From Ostrea edulis (Eukaryota), in assembly GCF_947568905.1 (NCBI RefSeq), contig NC_079168.1:80414001-80478000 (forward strand): 64,000 nt of DNA. Reading direction: 5' to 3'. The translations under genes and the position numbers were made by a program. The notes under the pieces are model-generated. The model ran no database searches. It had not been told where the DNA came from and worked only from the letters and a program-made list of their open reading frames with translations. Shown one piece after another: positions 1 through 12,399 of the stretch (position 1 is its first letter; each line of letters opens with the position of its first letter).

Positions 1-840
1 AAACTTGACATGGGAATATACTGTCTGCTCAGTATCTTGAGAACCCTTTTCTTGACAGACATCAAACTTGGTACACTGATACGACTTCAGGAGAAGACGA
101 CCACTATTTATTTTGAGGTCACATGTTTGAAGGTCAAGGGTCAAACTGGACATAGGAATATACTGTCCGTTCAATATCTTGAGAACCCTTTGCTTGACAG
201 ACATCAAACGTGGTACACTGGTACGTCTTCAGGAGAAGACGACCCCTATTGATTTTCAGATCACATGGTCAAAGGTCAAGGGTCAAACTGGACATTGGAA
301 TATACTGTCTGCTCCATATCTTGAGAACCCTTTGCTTGACAGACATGAAACTTGGTACACTGGTACATCTTCAAAAGAAGATGACACCTATTGATTTTGA
401 GGTCGCGTGGTCAAAGGTCAAGGGTTAAACTGTACATAGGAATATACTGTCCGCTCAATATCTTGAGAACCCTTTGCTTGACAGACATCAAACTTGGTAC
501 ACTGGTACATCTTCAGGAGAAGATGACTACTAATTATTTTAAGGTCACATGGTCAAAAGTCAAGGGTCAAATTGGACATAGGAATATACTGTCCGTTCAA
601 TATCTTGAGAACCCTTTGCTTGACAGACATCAAACTTGGTACACTGGTACATCTTCAGGAGTTGATGACCCCTATTGAGTTTAAGGTCACATGGTCAATC
701 CACTCTTGACATAGGAAGATATTGTCTGTTCAATATTTTGAATTGATGATACTACTCTCAATTAAATGATGTGTGTGTGTATAACCCTTTTCAATTTTGC
801 ACCATGGGGGGCATATGTGTTTTACAAACATCTCTTGTTT
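1..840 (+). mobile_element. 3' part of a non-autonomous Helitron/Helentron-like (HINE-type) element with a 142-bp internal tandem array
   Basis: The monomer motif aaact(g/t)gacat recurs at 1, 143, 285, 427 and 569 (period 142, about 5 copies). It is followed by the end motif GGGGGGCATATGTGTTTTACAAACATCTCTTGTTT, which resembles the ...CTCTTGTT ends of the other elements here. The family call rests on the known architecture of bivalve HINEs. Confidence 0.75.
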
Positions 841-1369
841 AAACATTTGTTTTACTGCACGGTTCCTGCAACTTTCTCATGCTTTCCATCTCAGCATGTT
901 TTTTCAAATCACATTTCTCCCCCATGGCCACACGAAAAGTTAGCACTGCAGATCATGCAGAATGCATGATGTGCACTTACTGCATTGCCTTTCACCCATA
1001 AGAAATCTCCAATCCGCATGCATGCATTTGGTTAAATTTTGTTTGCTGTTTATCATATTGTTAAAGGCTCTGAACTGTGCTGCTTTCACTTAGACATATT
1101 TCTTAACGGACGAAAATCAAACAGGTTATAAGCACAAAAAAACATCGGAAAAACAACTAGAGAAGTAAAAAAAAATTTTACAATATAATAATTATCGGAG
1201 AGAACAGTTCACACCTTGAGATGCAATATTTTGTTTACATTAACCACGTAGAATAATTTAAAAGACACATAAAACACAAAAATCCGGTCTTGCAAGAGCA
1301 AGAATTTAAAGTAATAGCAATTTATAGAAGCCATAAAAACACAGAGACCCAGGCATGGGGGCATCATTG

Positions 1370-2247
1370 GTTTGCGTTCTTTGTTGTGTGACGTCCGTCG
1401 TACGTTAACAATTGAACATTTTTAATTTCTTGATAACTAACCTTTCAATTTTTTTCAAATTTGGTAAAAAGCATCTTTCGGATTCGGGGGATATGAATTG
1501 TACCTTTCAGGACTCTTGCACCCCTGGGGCAGGGCAAAAACTGCCAAAAATTGACCAATTTTCAAAAATCTTCTCAGACTACATTATAACTGCACATGTG
1601 TAAGAAAAAATAATCACATAGTGATGTAGATCAGGAAAACCTCTACCAAAAGTGTAAATTTTATGATCCCCGGGGTAAAGGTTCTGACTCCAGGGTAGGG
1701 TCAAACTTGATATATATAGTGTATATGTGCGAAACATTTAAATGATATCTTTTTCAATGCTATTGATACTAAATTGAATCTAAATAGATATTTTGAAAAA
1801 GTAAGTATTCCTTTACCGAAATTGTAAATTTCATGATCCTAGGGGTTAAGGGTTAATTTCGTTCCAGGGTGGAGCCAAAATTATTATAGTGATTATTGTC
1901 TTTATATCATTTGAAAGACTTCTTTAATTTTGCTGATACAGTATAAAGAGCAAAATACTTGATTAGGAAAAGCAGAAAAGGATGTACTAAAATTGTGAAT
2001 TCGCAACCCCAGGGTTTTGACTCTAGGACAGGTCCAAATTAGTCATATTGTATTAATGTTACATATATTATATTATGTAAAGCTAAAGGCACTTTCAAGG
2101 GCATTGTTTTATACTTTAATTGCTGAATATTAAAATTTAGCTTAGATATTCAGAACAGGCCATTTCTTCTAGATTTTGTAGCCCTTGGGACTAGTGATAC
2201 TTTTAACTAATACTCAGGTGACCAAAAAGGCCTGTGAATCTCTTGTT
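1370..2247 (+). mobile_element. 5'-truncated HINE-type element
   Basis: Ends in CAGGTGACCAAAAAGGCCTGTGAATCTCTTGTT. The internal sequence at 1420-1560 is clearly homologous to the 5' fragment at 47094-47330 (gataacta..., aagcatcttt..., caggact...gcacccctg). Confidence 0.65.
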
Positions 2248-2408
2248 TTGATTTAGCTAGAATTTAGGTGTACAGGCATGAGTGTGTTAAGAAGGTTGAA
2301 AAAATGTGTAATTTTATGTACAATCTGTACATATGGAAATAAGAAACTTAAGGGGCCTTGCTAATTATAAGAATTCATTACATTGATCTATCACTCTGTT
2401 CTCTGTAG

Positions 2409-2545
2409 GTCGCAAGAAGGTAGAGGTTCTACTGCAACAGATGTTTGAGGGCGAGATCGATCCAGAAGATGAGGGACCAGAGAACGAGACAGAAATCTAC
2501 ACAGACCGAGGACCACGACGTGTCACCTTAGACACGGTCGCCTAG
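2409..2545 (+). CDS. Terminal coding exon of an unidentified upstream gene (xRKKVEVLLQQMFEGEIDPEDEGPENETEIYTDRGPRRVTLDTVA*)
   Basis: Acceptor ctctgttctctgtag|GT, a phase-1 open frame of 44 codons with coding-like GC content, TAG at 2543-2545, then an AT-rich 3'UTR-like stretch with AATAAA at 2999. I do not recognise the product. Confidence 0.75.
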
Positions 2546-2700
2546 ACAGTCTTGTCTATAGATGCACCTTAGACACGGTCGCCTAGACAGTCTTGTCTAT
2601 AGATGCACCTTAGACACAGTCGCCTAGACAGTCTTGTCTAGATGCACCTTAGACACAGTCAGCTACTCAATTTTGTCTATAGATGCACCTTAGACACCAC
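2525..2700 (+). repeat. 41-bp tandem repeat (about 4 copies) that includes the last codons and stop of the upstream gene
   Basis: CACCTTAGACACGGTCGCCTAGACAGTCTTGTCTATAGATG starts at 2525, 2566, 2607 and 2648, then decays. Confidence 0.9.
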
Positions 2701-3695
2701 AGCTGGCAATCTCAACTACAGACTACAACTGCACTTGATATATTATAACTGTCAATTTTGTCCCCACCAAATATTTCCAAGTCATAACGGTCAATCAAGA
2801 CACCACCAACAACTTCAACATCATGACCATCATCAGTCAAACACTTAAAAAACATTACAAATCTCCCCCTCATGAAGTTAACTACCTTTGATATTTATTT
2901 CAACTGTTTTACATATACCTCGTATTTGCATTTTTAGAAATTGCATTCTGACTATGAAAACCTGGACAATATCAAACTCGAGCCTGTTTTTTTCTTCAAA
3001 TAAATATATCTATATACATGATGCAATCATGATTCCTTTGGGTATTAAAAAAAAAACACAAATAATCCTCAAAGTACACAAATGTCTATTTAATATGCAT
3101 TCAAAAGCATTCCTATGCAAAAGTATTTCTTTTAACACAAATATAATTATTTTTTTTTTTTTGTGTATTATTTTGTTTTGCTGTTTATACAGAAATTTAA
3201 CCATTGAATAATAATCGATATTTTCACAGTTGTTATTTTCACAGTGTGAAAATAACAATGGGGACTATTTGCTGCAATATTAATCCGCAATACATAAGAT
3301 ATCTTTTTACGTTATATATGATTAATTTTTCATGTATTTTATTTAAATACACAAAATAGAATTGAAGTTTCTTTTTATTCAAATGTGTTGAATTTTACAT
3401 ATTTTGCATATTTCTTAAGGTACTATATTTTCTGTGCAATATTGTTTTGAATGTCAATATTACAGGGACCGTGAAAAGTGCTTTAAAAGAAAAAATAGAA
3501 GAAAACGTAATTGACAGAAAATTCAATATTTTGTTGTTGCATGGATATATAATTTATTTCACTTGCCTCGCACTCTTGAAAATATAAGAAAAATATTCTG
3601 TCTCATAAGATAAACTCTGTGCGGAGATGGATCAGATCAGACCTAAACACAGAGATTGTTTTCAATACTCAGTATTCTGTCACTTTGATTTACAG

Positions 3696-3748
3696 TGCAG
3701 TGTACAGCCGATGACTCGTGTGTAGATGAGCTAGTCAAGGACCAATGA
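3696..3748 (+). CDS. Candidate alternative terminal exon of the upstream gene (xQCTADDSCVDELVKDQ*)
   Basis: Acceptor cactttgatttacag|TG has the same phase (1) as the exon at 2409. The sequence is a GC-richer island with TGA at 3746-3748. It is short and could be chance. Confidence 0.3.
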
Positions 3749-4095
3749 GTAGAGCTCTCAATAAGGATAGGTGTTCGGATGAAGCTCAAGTTCTTAACGA
3801 TTTTTCCAAAACATTTGTTCTGCTCATGCAGCCTGGTATACTATGTCTGTAGAATGTCTTAAGATGCTGCATATTATTACGAAATGTTAATGGGACTCAC
3901 AGCCCTGACTCCTGAAAATAAGTAGATGTGCATTTTGATATAATATGTATTTTAGAACATTGGATTCACAACTCTGAAGAAGTTTGTTTCATGTATTTAT
4001 TTGTGAATAATTGTATTATGTCAGTGTCTGCCTAAATCTTTTGTGTGAATTTTGTTTCATTGTAGTCCAAATACCTGTGATATATTCCTTGTTAA

Positions 4096-4321
4096 GGTGG
4101 TAACAAACAGGTAACAAAAAATGTTCTTACAATTCAATTTTTTTTTTTAATTAGAGGACTTTTTTATTATCAGGAAACTGCATATGTATGCAAAATTTAA
4201 AAGAAATTTTACCTTTAGAATTTTTTTTTTATAAATTTCACAAATCCAGTATCACGTAAACGTTTGAATTACATGAAGTGCTTCCAAAATGATAGTTTTT
4301 TGGATACTGTTTGGGACTGCC
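4096..4321. mobile_element. Small degenerate Kolobok-like MITE (TTAA TSD, GG...CC ends)
   Basis: TTAA at 4092-4095 and 4322-4325. The ends GGTGGTAACAAACAG and the reverse complement GGCAGTCCCAAACAG match at 11 of 15 positions. Confidence 0.5.
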
Positions 4322-4465
4322 TTAAACACATTTTTAAGTCCATTGATTTTGATTGGCATATATTACCATGTTTGAGCATAATTCTCAGAAGTACAGTAAT
4401 AAGTGTTGAAAATGTAATAAACTTTTGAATCCTGTGAAGATGTAGTTTAAATCATTGTCAAACTC

Positions 4466-5306
4466 TTTTTAGCTCACCTGAGCTGAAGGCTGATCAAACT
4501 TTGTTCGTTGTCTGTCATCGGCATCAGTGTAAATTTTTCACATTTTCATCTTCTCCAGAACCACTGGGCTAATTTCAACCAAACTTGGCATAAAGGGAAT
4601 TGGGTGAAGGGTTTTTTAGTTTACTCAATTGAAGAGCCATGCCCCCTTCAAAGGGGAGATAATCACTAAAAATAAGATGGGGTTATTTAAAAATCTTCTC
4701 AAGAACCAGAGGGCCACAATAGGGGGTCAAAATTTTACTTACATGTATATAGGGAAAATCTTTAAACATCTTCTCAAGAAACACTGGGCCAGAAAAGCTA
4801 AGTTTACATGAAAGCTTCCTGACAATGCAGAATCAAGTTTGTTAAAATCATGGGCCCTGGGGGTAGGATGGGGCCACAATAGGGCAAAATTTTACATACT
4901 AAAACACAATGTATAGGAAAAAATCTTTTAAAATCTTCTCAAGAACCATTGGGCCAAAGAACTTAACATTTACATGAAATTTTCCTGACATAGTGCAGAT
5001 TCAAGTTTGTTCACATCATGGCCCCAGGGGTAGGGTGGGGCCACAGTAGGGGATCAAAGTTTTACATACTAATATGTAGAGAAAATCTTTTAAAAATCTT
5101 CTCAAGATTCATTGGGCCAAAGAAGTTAACATTTACATGAAAGCTTCCTGACATTGTGCAGATTTAAGTTTGTAAAATTCATGGCCTCTTGGGATACAAA
5201 TGTAGGTTGGGGCCACAATAGGCTTTACATGCGAATATATATGGAAAATCTTTAGATATGAGCCATGGTGACTTAGGTGAGCAATGTGGCCCATGGGCCT
5301 CTTGTT
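4466..5306 (+). mobile_element. Near full-length HINE-type element with ~165-bp internal repeats (Cg170/HindIII-satellite-like)
   Basis: 5' end TTTTTAGCTCACCTGAGCTGAAGGC, internal repeats containing AAGCTTCCTGACA, and 3' end GTGAGCAATGTGGCCCATGGGCCTCTTGTT. Confidence 0.85.
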
Positions 5307-5839
5307 AGTATATACCAATGTGACATTACATATTGTCATGCAGTACAATAACACACCACACAATACACACAATACGATGACATGCCACACAATACAATGA
5401 CATGTCAAACAATGCAATGACATGCCACACAATATATAATGACATGTCAAACAATGCAACACTAATATACACAAGGGCTAAGGAAGTTTTTTTTTTTTTC
5501 ATTACCTACCCTCTTAAATTCTTACCCCCATGAATCAAAACATTTTATCGCCAGCTGTTCTTGACCAGGCCTCAATGTGCCAATTCTCTACTGTACATCT
5601 CTAAGTAGCTGGAAGTCTTCCTCACTTTCCAACCAGTGTTTAAAAATGTTTAAGCTATCCTGAGGTTGTTTTACAGAGGAGGACATTAAAACTAACCTAA
5701 AGTTATTTTTCTGCATATAACATGGATGATTCAGGCTATCTCCAAATAACACCTAAGACAGTTTCAATTTATGAAATTTTTTACACAGGAAAAAAACACC
5801 AAAAGTTGCATATTCAATAGCTTATGTTTTCTTAAAAGT

Positions 5840-7576
5840 CCATGTAGGTCAAACTCCAAGTTCTAGCTCACAAGGTCAAAGACCATGATATAAAATTAAA
5901 AATGTCTTGCAATAAGAAATATATGCAAGATATGAAAGATTTGCATTAAATAGTTCAGGGCACATCATATAGGTCAGATTTTTTATTAAAAGTAGGTCAA
6001 ACTACCAGGTCAAGATCACACACCATTACATCATTCGAAAAGGTCTTATAAAAAATGTATGTACATGATATGAAAGCCCTAGTTTAAATAGTTCAGAGGA
6101 TATTTTCAAAGACATTTCCTATATATCAGCATATAACACTTTGATCCCCTATTGTAGCCCCAGCCTACCCCTGAGGATTATGAATTGCCCAAACTTGGAT
6201 CTACTCTATGCAAGGTGAAGATAACGAACCAATCTACGAGGGATAGTTCAGTGTCAGCATGGCGATCTTGTAAAGATACGGTGCATCAAACGATGGATGC
6301 AAGGTGAAAATAACGAACAGTGATCAATCTCATAACTCATATAAGCAATACAAAATAGATAGTTGGGCAAACACGGACCCCTGGACACACCAGAGGTGGG
6401 ATCATGTGCCTAGGAGGAGTAAGCATCCCCTGTTGACTGGTCACACCCGCCGTGAGCCCTATATCCTGATCAGGTAAACGGAGTTATCCGCAGTCAAAAT
6501 CAGTGTGCCAAGAACGGCTTAACAATCGGTATGAAACACGTCAGACAGCATTTCACCCAATGCAAGGTTGTATTGACGAACTAGATCGTTATAACGACCA
6601 TAGAATTTGCGAAATGCTGACTTCAATCGAGACTGTTGAAATCCCAGTACCATCAACTTGTTTGTCAGTAGCTTACCTCGATTTAAAAACTGACTATGTG
6701 CAGAACAAGCTCTTGCATATCGAATCAGTTGAGATATATAAACACCATATGCAGGTGATAATGTAATATTGCTACACAAATATGGGAAGTTGACGATGGA
6801 GAAGCTGAAATCATTCCGTTTGTCATATGTACAGTTGAGTTGTCAGTTTGCCGTTAATGTCTACTATGTCGGGAAGCTTTCATGTAAATTTGAACTTTTC
6901 TGACCCATTCAGTGGTTCTTGAGAAGATTTTTAGAGATTTTCCCTTTTTATTTTCTTATGTAAAACTTTTATCCCTTATTGTGGCCCCATCCTTTCCCCA
7001 GTGGGCATGATTTTAACAAACTTAAATTTGCACTATGTCAAAAAGCATTCATTTAAATTTGAACTTTTCTGGCCCAATGGTTCTTAAGAAGATTTTCCCT
7101 ATAAACTCTTATGTAAAGCTTTGATTTCCTATGGGGGGGCTATGATTTCCTATGGGGGGGGGGGGCTATGATTTCCTAGGGGGGGGGGGCTATGATTTCC
7201 TATGGGGGGGGGGGGCTATGATTTCCTAGGGGGGGCTATGATTTCCTAGGGGGGGGCTATGATTTAAACAAACTTGATCGAATCTGCGCTACTAGTATGT
7301 CGTGAATCTTTCATGTAATTTCAACTTTCCTGGCTAAAAATAGTGGTTCTTTAGATGATCCCACCCTATTTTTGTGATTATCTACCCTTGGATAAGGGCT
7401 TTGCCCTTCATTTGAACAATTCCCTTCACCCAAAGATGCCTTTTGCCAAGTTTGTTTAAAATTGACCCAGCGGTTCTGGAAAAGAAGTCGAAAATGTGAA
7501 AATTTTACAGACAGACGAGCGATGGACAACAGGTGATGAGAAGACTCGCTTGTGTTTTCAGCTCAGATGAAAACTA
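5840..7576 (-). mobile_element. Composite minus-strand HINE-type element(s) carrying a nested Penelope-like insertion
   Basis: The reverse complement of the 5' end motif lies at 7520-7576 (GATGGACAACAGGTGATGAGAAGACTCGCTTGTGTTTTCAGCTCAGATG). Monomers at 6110-6210 and 6861-7330 are the reverse of the 4466-5306 family. A poly-G/GCTATGATTTCCTA expansion lies at 7135-7264. The left boundary is uncertain. Confidence 0.65.
6211..6860 (-). mobile_element. 5'-truncated Penelope-like retroelement (RT C-terminal/thumb region plus 3' UTR; probably Naiad/Chlamys-type)
   Basis: The minus strand encodes NGKLTTQLY/DKRNDFSFSIVNFPYLCSNITLSPAYGVYISQLIRYARACS...LMVLGFQQSRLKSAFRKFYGRYNDLV...FHTDC* with a 4-nt frameshift near 6830. 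The ORF stops after the RT tail with no downstream endonuclease. It is flanked by ctact(ct)atg on both sides. Confidence 0.75.
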
Positions 7577-7791
7577 GGATCCCCTAGAATCTCCGAACAC
7601 GAGAGGGGGGGGGGGCTTTAAAAAACATATCACTGGCCTAATGCTCGTTTCGTAGAAAGTGTTTCACTTATATGTACTTTAATGTTACTAACCTTCATTA
7701 GTATGTGGCAAATGTGACCTTGAACCCAAGAAGAGTTGCTCTTTTCTGTCTCTTCAGCACATAACGAGCCTGGATTCAAAGTTGGGCTTTA

Positions 7792-8632
7792 TGGAGCACA
7801 AATAATTGAAGATATCTTCAAGTATTTGAAGATATCATCAATTCAATTATTGCCATCTTTAATTGAATTAATGCGCGCATTAAATCAATTATTGCTCTCA
7901 TCAATTGAATTAATGCGCGTATCAACTGAATTAAGGACAGCAATAATTGATTTAATGCGCGCATCAGTTGAATTAATGAAAGCAATAATAGTTTTGATGC
8001 GTGCATTAATTCAATTATTGCTCTCTTCAATTCAATTGATGAGAGCATCAATTTCGTAGAAATATTGCTCGCAGTAATTAATTTAGAGCTCGGTATAAAT
8101 AATTTGATGGTCTCTTTAATTCAATTGAAGATATCTTTATTTATTTACAATGCTTTTGTATAAAGAATTATTGCGTGCATCAATTCTTTTAAAGAGAGCA
8201 ACAATTCAATTAAAGAGATCATTAATTCAATTGTGGATATGTTGAATTGACGATATCTTTAATTATATAGTTGCTCTCTCTAAAAGAATTGTTGCTCTCT
8301 TCAAATGAATTAAAGATATCATTAATTCAATTAAAGAGAGCAATAATTGAATTAATGCACGCATTAAATAAATTATTGCTCTCATCAAATGAATTCATGC
8401 GCGCATCAATTCAATTATTGCTCTCATCAATTGATTTATGCGCGCATTATATCAATTATTGCCCTCTTCAATTGAATTGTAGCGCGCATCAATTCAATTC
8501 TTGATATCATTAATTCGTTTGAAGAAATTATTAATTCAATTAAAGCGCACATCAATTCAGCTGAAGAATTAATGTTATCATCAATTTAATTCATGCCGCG
8601 ATAATTCAGAACTGAAGATATCATTAATCATT
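7792..8632 (-). mobile_element. Truncated copy of the TA-TSD MITE family that is intact at 61121-61778 (opposite orientation)
   Basis: Starts TA|TGGAGCAC...AATAATTGAAGATATC. Positions 8000-8630 are the reverse complement of about 61190-61700. Confidence 0.8.
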
Positions 8633-8639
8633 TACTGTC

Positions 8640-8932
8640 ATGGACTTTGGTGTAAGACGCTTTTTTAAAGACTTCATGCATGCCTTGAGATTTTTTTCTT
8701 CTTTTGAACTTGGGTATAAAAAGCCTTGATATATTTTTAAACTTTGATGTAAGATGCCTTGAGATATTTTAAACTTTGGTGTAAGATTCCCTGAGCTTCT
8801 TTTAGAAATGGTCTAAGCTAGATGCCTTGCGAATTCGTTTTAGACTTTGGTGTAAGACGCCTTGAAAATTTCTTTGACTAATTTGATCTAAGATACCTTG
8901 TATTTTTTTTTTTAAAGACTTTGGTCTAAGAC
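8640..8932. repeat. Degenerate ~35-40-bp tandem repeat
   Basis: ACTTTG(G/A)T(G/C)TAAGA(C/T)(G/T)C recurs at about 8643, 8740, 8771, 8842 and 8918. Confidence 0.7.
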
Positions 8933-8939
8933 GCACTTA

Positions 8940-11900
8940 CAACTGTCACCCAAAGTCAATAAAAGTGTGCAATTGAGGGTTTCAAAATCATAGTTTATCG
9001 ACCATTCAAAATATATATGGTAACATGCGTTTATTAATGGTAAATATCTGTTGAACACTCACCTCAAATTGTTTCAAGTTAAGTATGACAGATTATTTTT
9101 TTTACAGTAGGTCAAAGTACGGTATATTTTTCGAGATTTTTCTCACATGTAACCTTCGTTACTGAGTCCTTGACATGATAATATGTAAGATAAACATTAA
9201 TTTTCCATGTATTATTCCATAACTTGTATTGGAATTGACTGAGCATATATTTTTCTAATTTGCGAAAGACAATAAATACAGGTTTTCAAAGAAAATATTT
9301 AATCAACACAACAAGAAATTATCTGCTGTAAACGTCAGCAATAAGATTTTAAGAGCGCAAAATTAACGACTAGATATCACTTTCAATATCTTTGAAATGG
9401 CAGAAAATAAAATTGATTAACAAATATTCTCGAACAGTTCAATATGTATGAAACATGAAAACAAAAGACTAGCAATATATATAGAACGATAGCTTTTTTG
9501 TATGTAAATGAAGTAGCGCTATAATTATGTAACGTATGTTTCAACATTTACACAACAGTACATCCATGAAAATATTATGCCAAAACGATGTCATCATCAG
9601 TTATTCTTTACGATTGATGTTGCAAAATCATAACGACATCACTTAATTCAATGGAAATACCAATTTTAATAGAAATATAACGTAGACAAGCAAAAAAATT
9701 TACCAAATGTGTCTTTTCTTCTGAACTTGTTAATTTGCAATAAATATGCGATTAAAACAAAAGTAAACGATTGATGTTTCGCTATATAAATTCTCATGAT
9801 TCTTATAGAAATAACAGACACATATTTTGAAACCTGGATTGCTCTTTGTTATAATAAACAATGAAAGTAACGTATGTTTCTTATTTTTCCTTTCATTACT
9901 ATAAACACATCATTTCGATTCAAAAAATGGAAAGAATCATATTTACCCATTTCTAACAATCTGTTTACAATAATAATATAAAGAAAATGTTTAATTTCCC
10001 AACATTTTGATTAAATGTATACCGAGTCTTATGTTTTTGTTGCTTATTTTGGAATACCTTTCCATAGAAACTGTCAGTATAATCCATCACGCGGTGTTAT
10101 GAATGAATATTTAACGTGAACCTTAAGACATAGATGTCCCCTATTAATTTTGAGGTCAAAAGGACAACGGTTAAACTACTCTGGACATACCCTATTGTCC
10201 GTTGAGAAATCTTTCCTTGATAGACATCAAACTTGAAACACTGGTGCCCCTCATAAATAGATGACCCCCATTGGATTCCAAGTCACAAGGTCAAAGGTCA
10301 TACAAAATTACTCAAATGACCAGTTGCTTATAAGTATTTTGAGAGACAAAACTTACATGTATCATTATGGTAGCCTTTGACCGGTAGTTAAACCTTTATT
10401 TTCACTGTCTATACAGACATTCTACCTTTTCAGTATTGCCACAAGGGGAGCATATAATATTATTTCTAAAACATTTTTTCATGGTTGTTCTTATGTTTTA
10501 ATACATTTTTTTTTCATGGTAGTTATTATGTACTTCTGCTCTCACAAGTGCCATTTCTGAAAAAATAAATAAAAAATTAAAAACAAGTAGAATAATATTA
10601 CGTAACGGAATTTCTGGTAACATACGTTACACTCAGATAAAATATTTTTGAATGATTTCTCTATAATTTAAGATTGCATAGAACAATCATCAGAGTTTAG
10701 TCCCTTCATTTCTAAGATATATTATGAAAAGATGCTGAATTCTAGCAAATTGATAAATGTAGAGTTGCATAGTTACATGTATCATAAATAGGACAGTAGC
10801 AGAGAAAAACATGGCCTGTACTTCTTGCAGAGGATATCTGTATATGCTAGTGAATACGGGAACAATAACACATTTGTTTCTTCATAACATAGTTGATATT
10901 CAACAAACATATCATTAAAGATGATATTTTGTCAATATGTAGTTCAATATTTGATGTCTAATCAAGCATTTCATTAAGTAGCATACGTTACTTTGAGTAA
11001 CGTATGTTACCAGCATTCTACTCAATGTAATTCTTACACCAGAGGAATTTCAAGATATTTGGAATACGATATACATTCTTTGATATCAGAAGAACAAATT
11101 CAGACCAAAACATTCCATCTGCTTAATCAATATTGTATATCAAACATTGCAGTTGTTGTAACAGTACTTACTTAACACGTATTGACTTTCAAACTCAAAT
11201 GTTCATAGTAGACGTTCATGTCGTATACCACATCATGCAGAGAGAGAGAGAGAGCAAAAATACGCCGGAAAGTGTTCTATCATTCCCTTTAATTAATTTC
11301 TCGGTAACGAATGTTACACCACGAATGTTACATCTTGACACGTTTGTCAAATTTCAGATCAACCAATGACTTCTGCAAAAGAAATGTTTATATTTTCATT
11401 CTCTGTACACTACGATATTTTCATAAAAGGGGTAACATTTGCTCTGCAAATACGTTTTCATAAAAAGTTCATTGTATCGTATGTTACATTTCTAAAATCA
11501 GAATGCAACATTTTGAGAATAATGATGACTTCTTCTCAATGCCACATCCAAATATCGCTTGATGAATATTTTCCCACAGTTTTTGAATATTTTAGCGCCA
11601 AAATAGATCAAAAACATAAAGATAATACGAAATCTTTGTCCATGCATTGGGTGTTTAATTGACCCTATGATCACATAATATAATCTGGCGACATAGAGTA
11701 ATATATACACCACTGCTTAAAATCATACGCAAAAGGTGTTAAACTTTTATTGAATGAAAATTTAGGAAATACAAATGATATTAACGCAAAGAAAATTAAA
11801 AAACACGCTCTCAGATTTTTATATTTGCTTGTTCAATTTTAAAAATTGAGTCGGCGACAGTCACGTATGTTACAAAATTAGGGTATCTATGCTTCCTACC

Positions 11901-12057
11901 AAGTTTATAAGTAAAGGGGAAATAAAAAGTATACCATGCCTAGGGAGGATATGGGTCCATGAATGTATAGCACACAAAATATATGATTTGATATAGCTTA
12001 TTTTCTAATAAAGTGCCGGCGACATCGATTGCACGCTTTTATTGACTTTGAGTGTTG
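8940..12057. mobile_element. 3.1-kb non-autonomous DNA transposon with ~33-bp TIRs and TA TSD (Tc1/mariner-like ends)
   Basis: Left end TA|CAAC(tgtc)ACCCAAAGTCAATAAAAGTGTGCAATTGA. The right end reverse complement is TA|CAACACTCAAAGTCAATAAAAGCGTGCAATCGA. No transposase ORF. It carries a nested fragment of the 142-bp family at about 10130-10480. Confidence 0.75.
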
Positions 12058-12128
12058 TATTTTTTTTAATTTTTTTTTTTTATAGCGGCTGCCACTTGTT
12101 TTATCTGATTTACCAGGTGGCCGGAACT

Positions 12129-12129
<1 letters not shown>

Positions 12130-12160
<31 letters not shown>
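12130..12160. repeat. (TC)n microsatellite
   Basis: Pure TC run. Confidence 0.95.
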
Positions 12161-12162
<2 letters not shown>

Positions 12163-12399
12163 CTTTCTTTTCCAAAATGAAAGGGGTGCAACTCCCGTAA
12201 CTGATTATGCGTATGTGTTTTACAATAAGGAGCATTATTGTTTGTCGAACTTGCTGTCAATTTACAAAGTTATATGAATGTTCACGATATCAATGTCGAC
12301 AGATAGATGTGCACACGAGAAGGTGTCGTTGTGTACTAAATATACCAGGCACGTTATAACTAGGGCGCCGCTCCATTCCACTTTTTGACAATGTTCATT

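Noticed and set aside
10-678. Four overlapping ORFs with repeated LTDIKLGTL / YLENPLLDRH motifs
   Set aside because: They are translations of the 142-bp tandem array, with no splice or domain support.
7736-8504. Leu/Ile/Met-rich ORFs resembling leucine-rich or coiled-coil proteins (also 61607-61840)
   Set aside because: They come from the low-complexity interior of a TA-TSD MITE present twice in opposite orientations.
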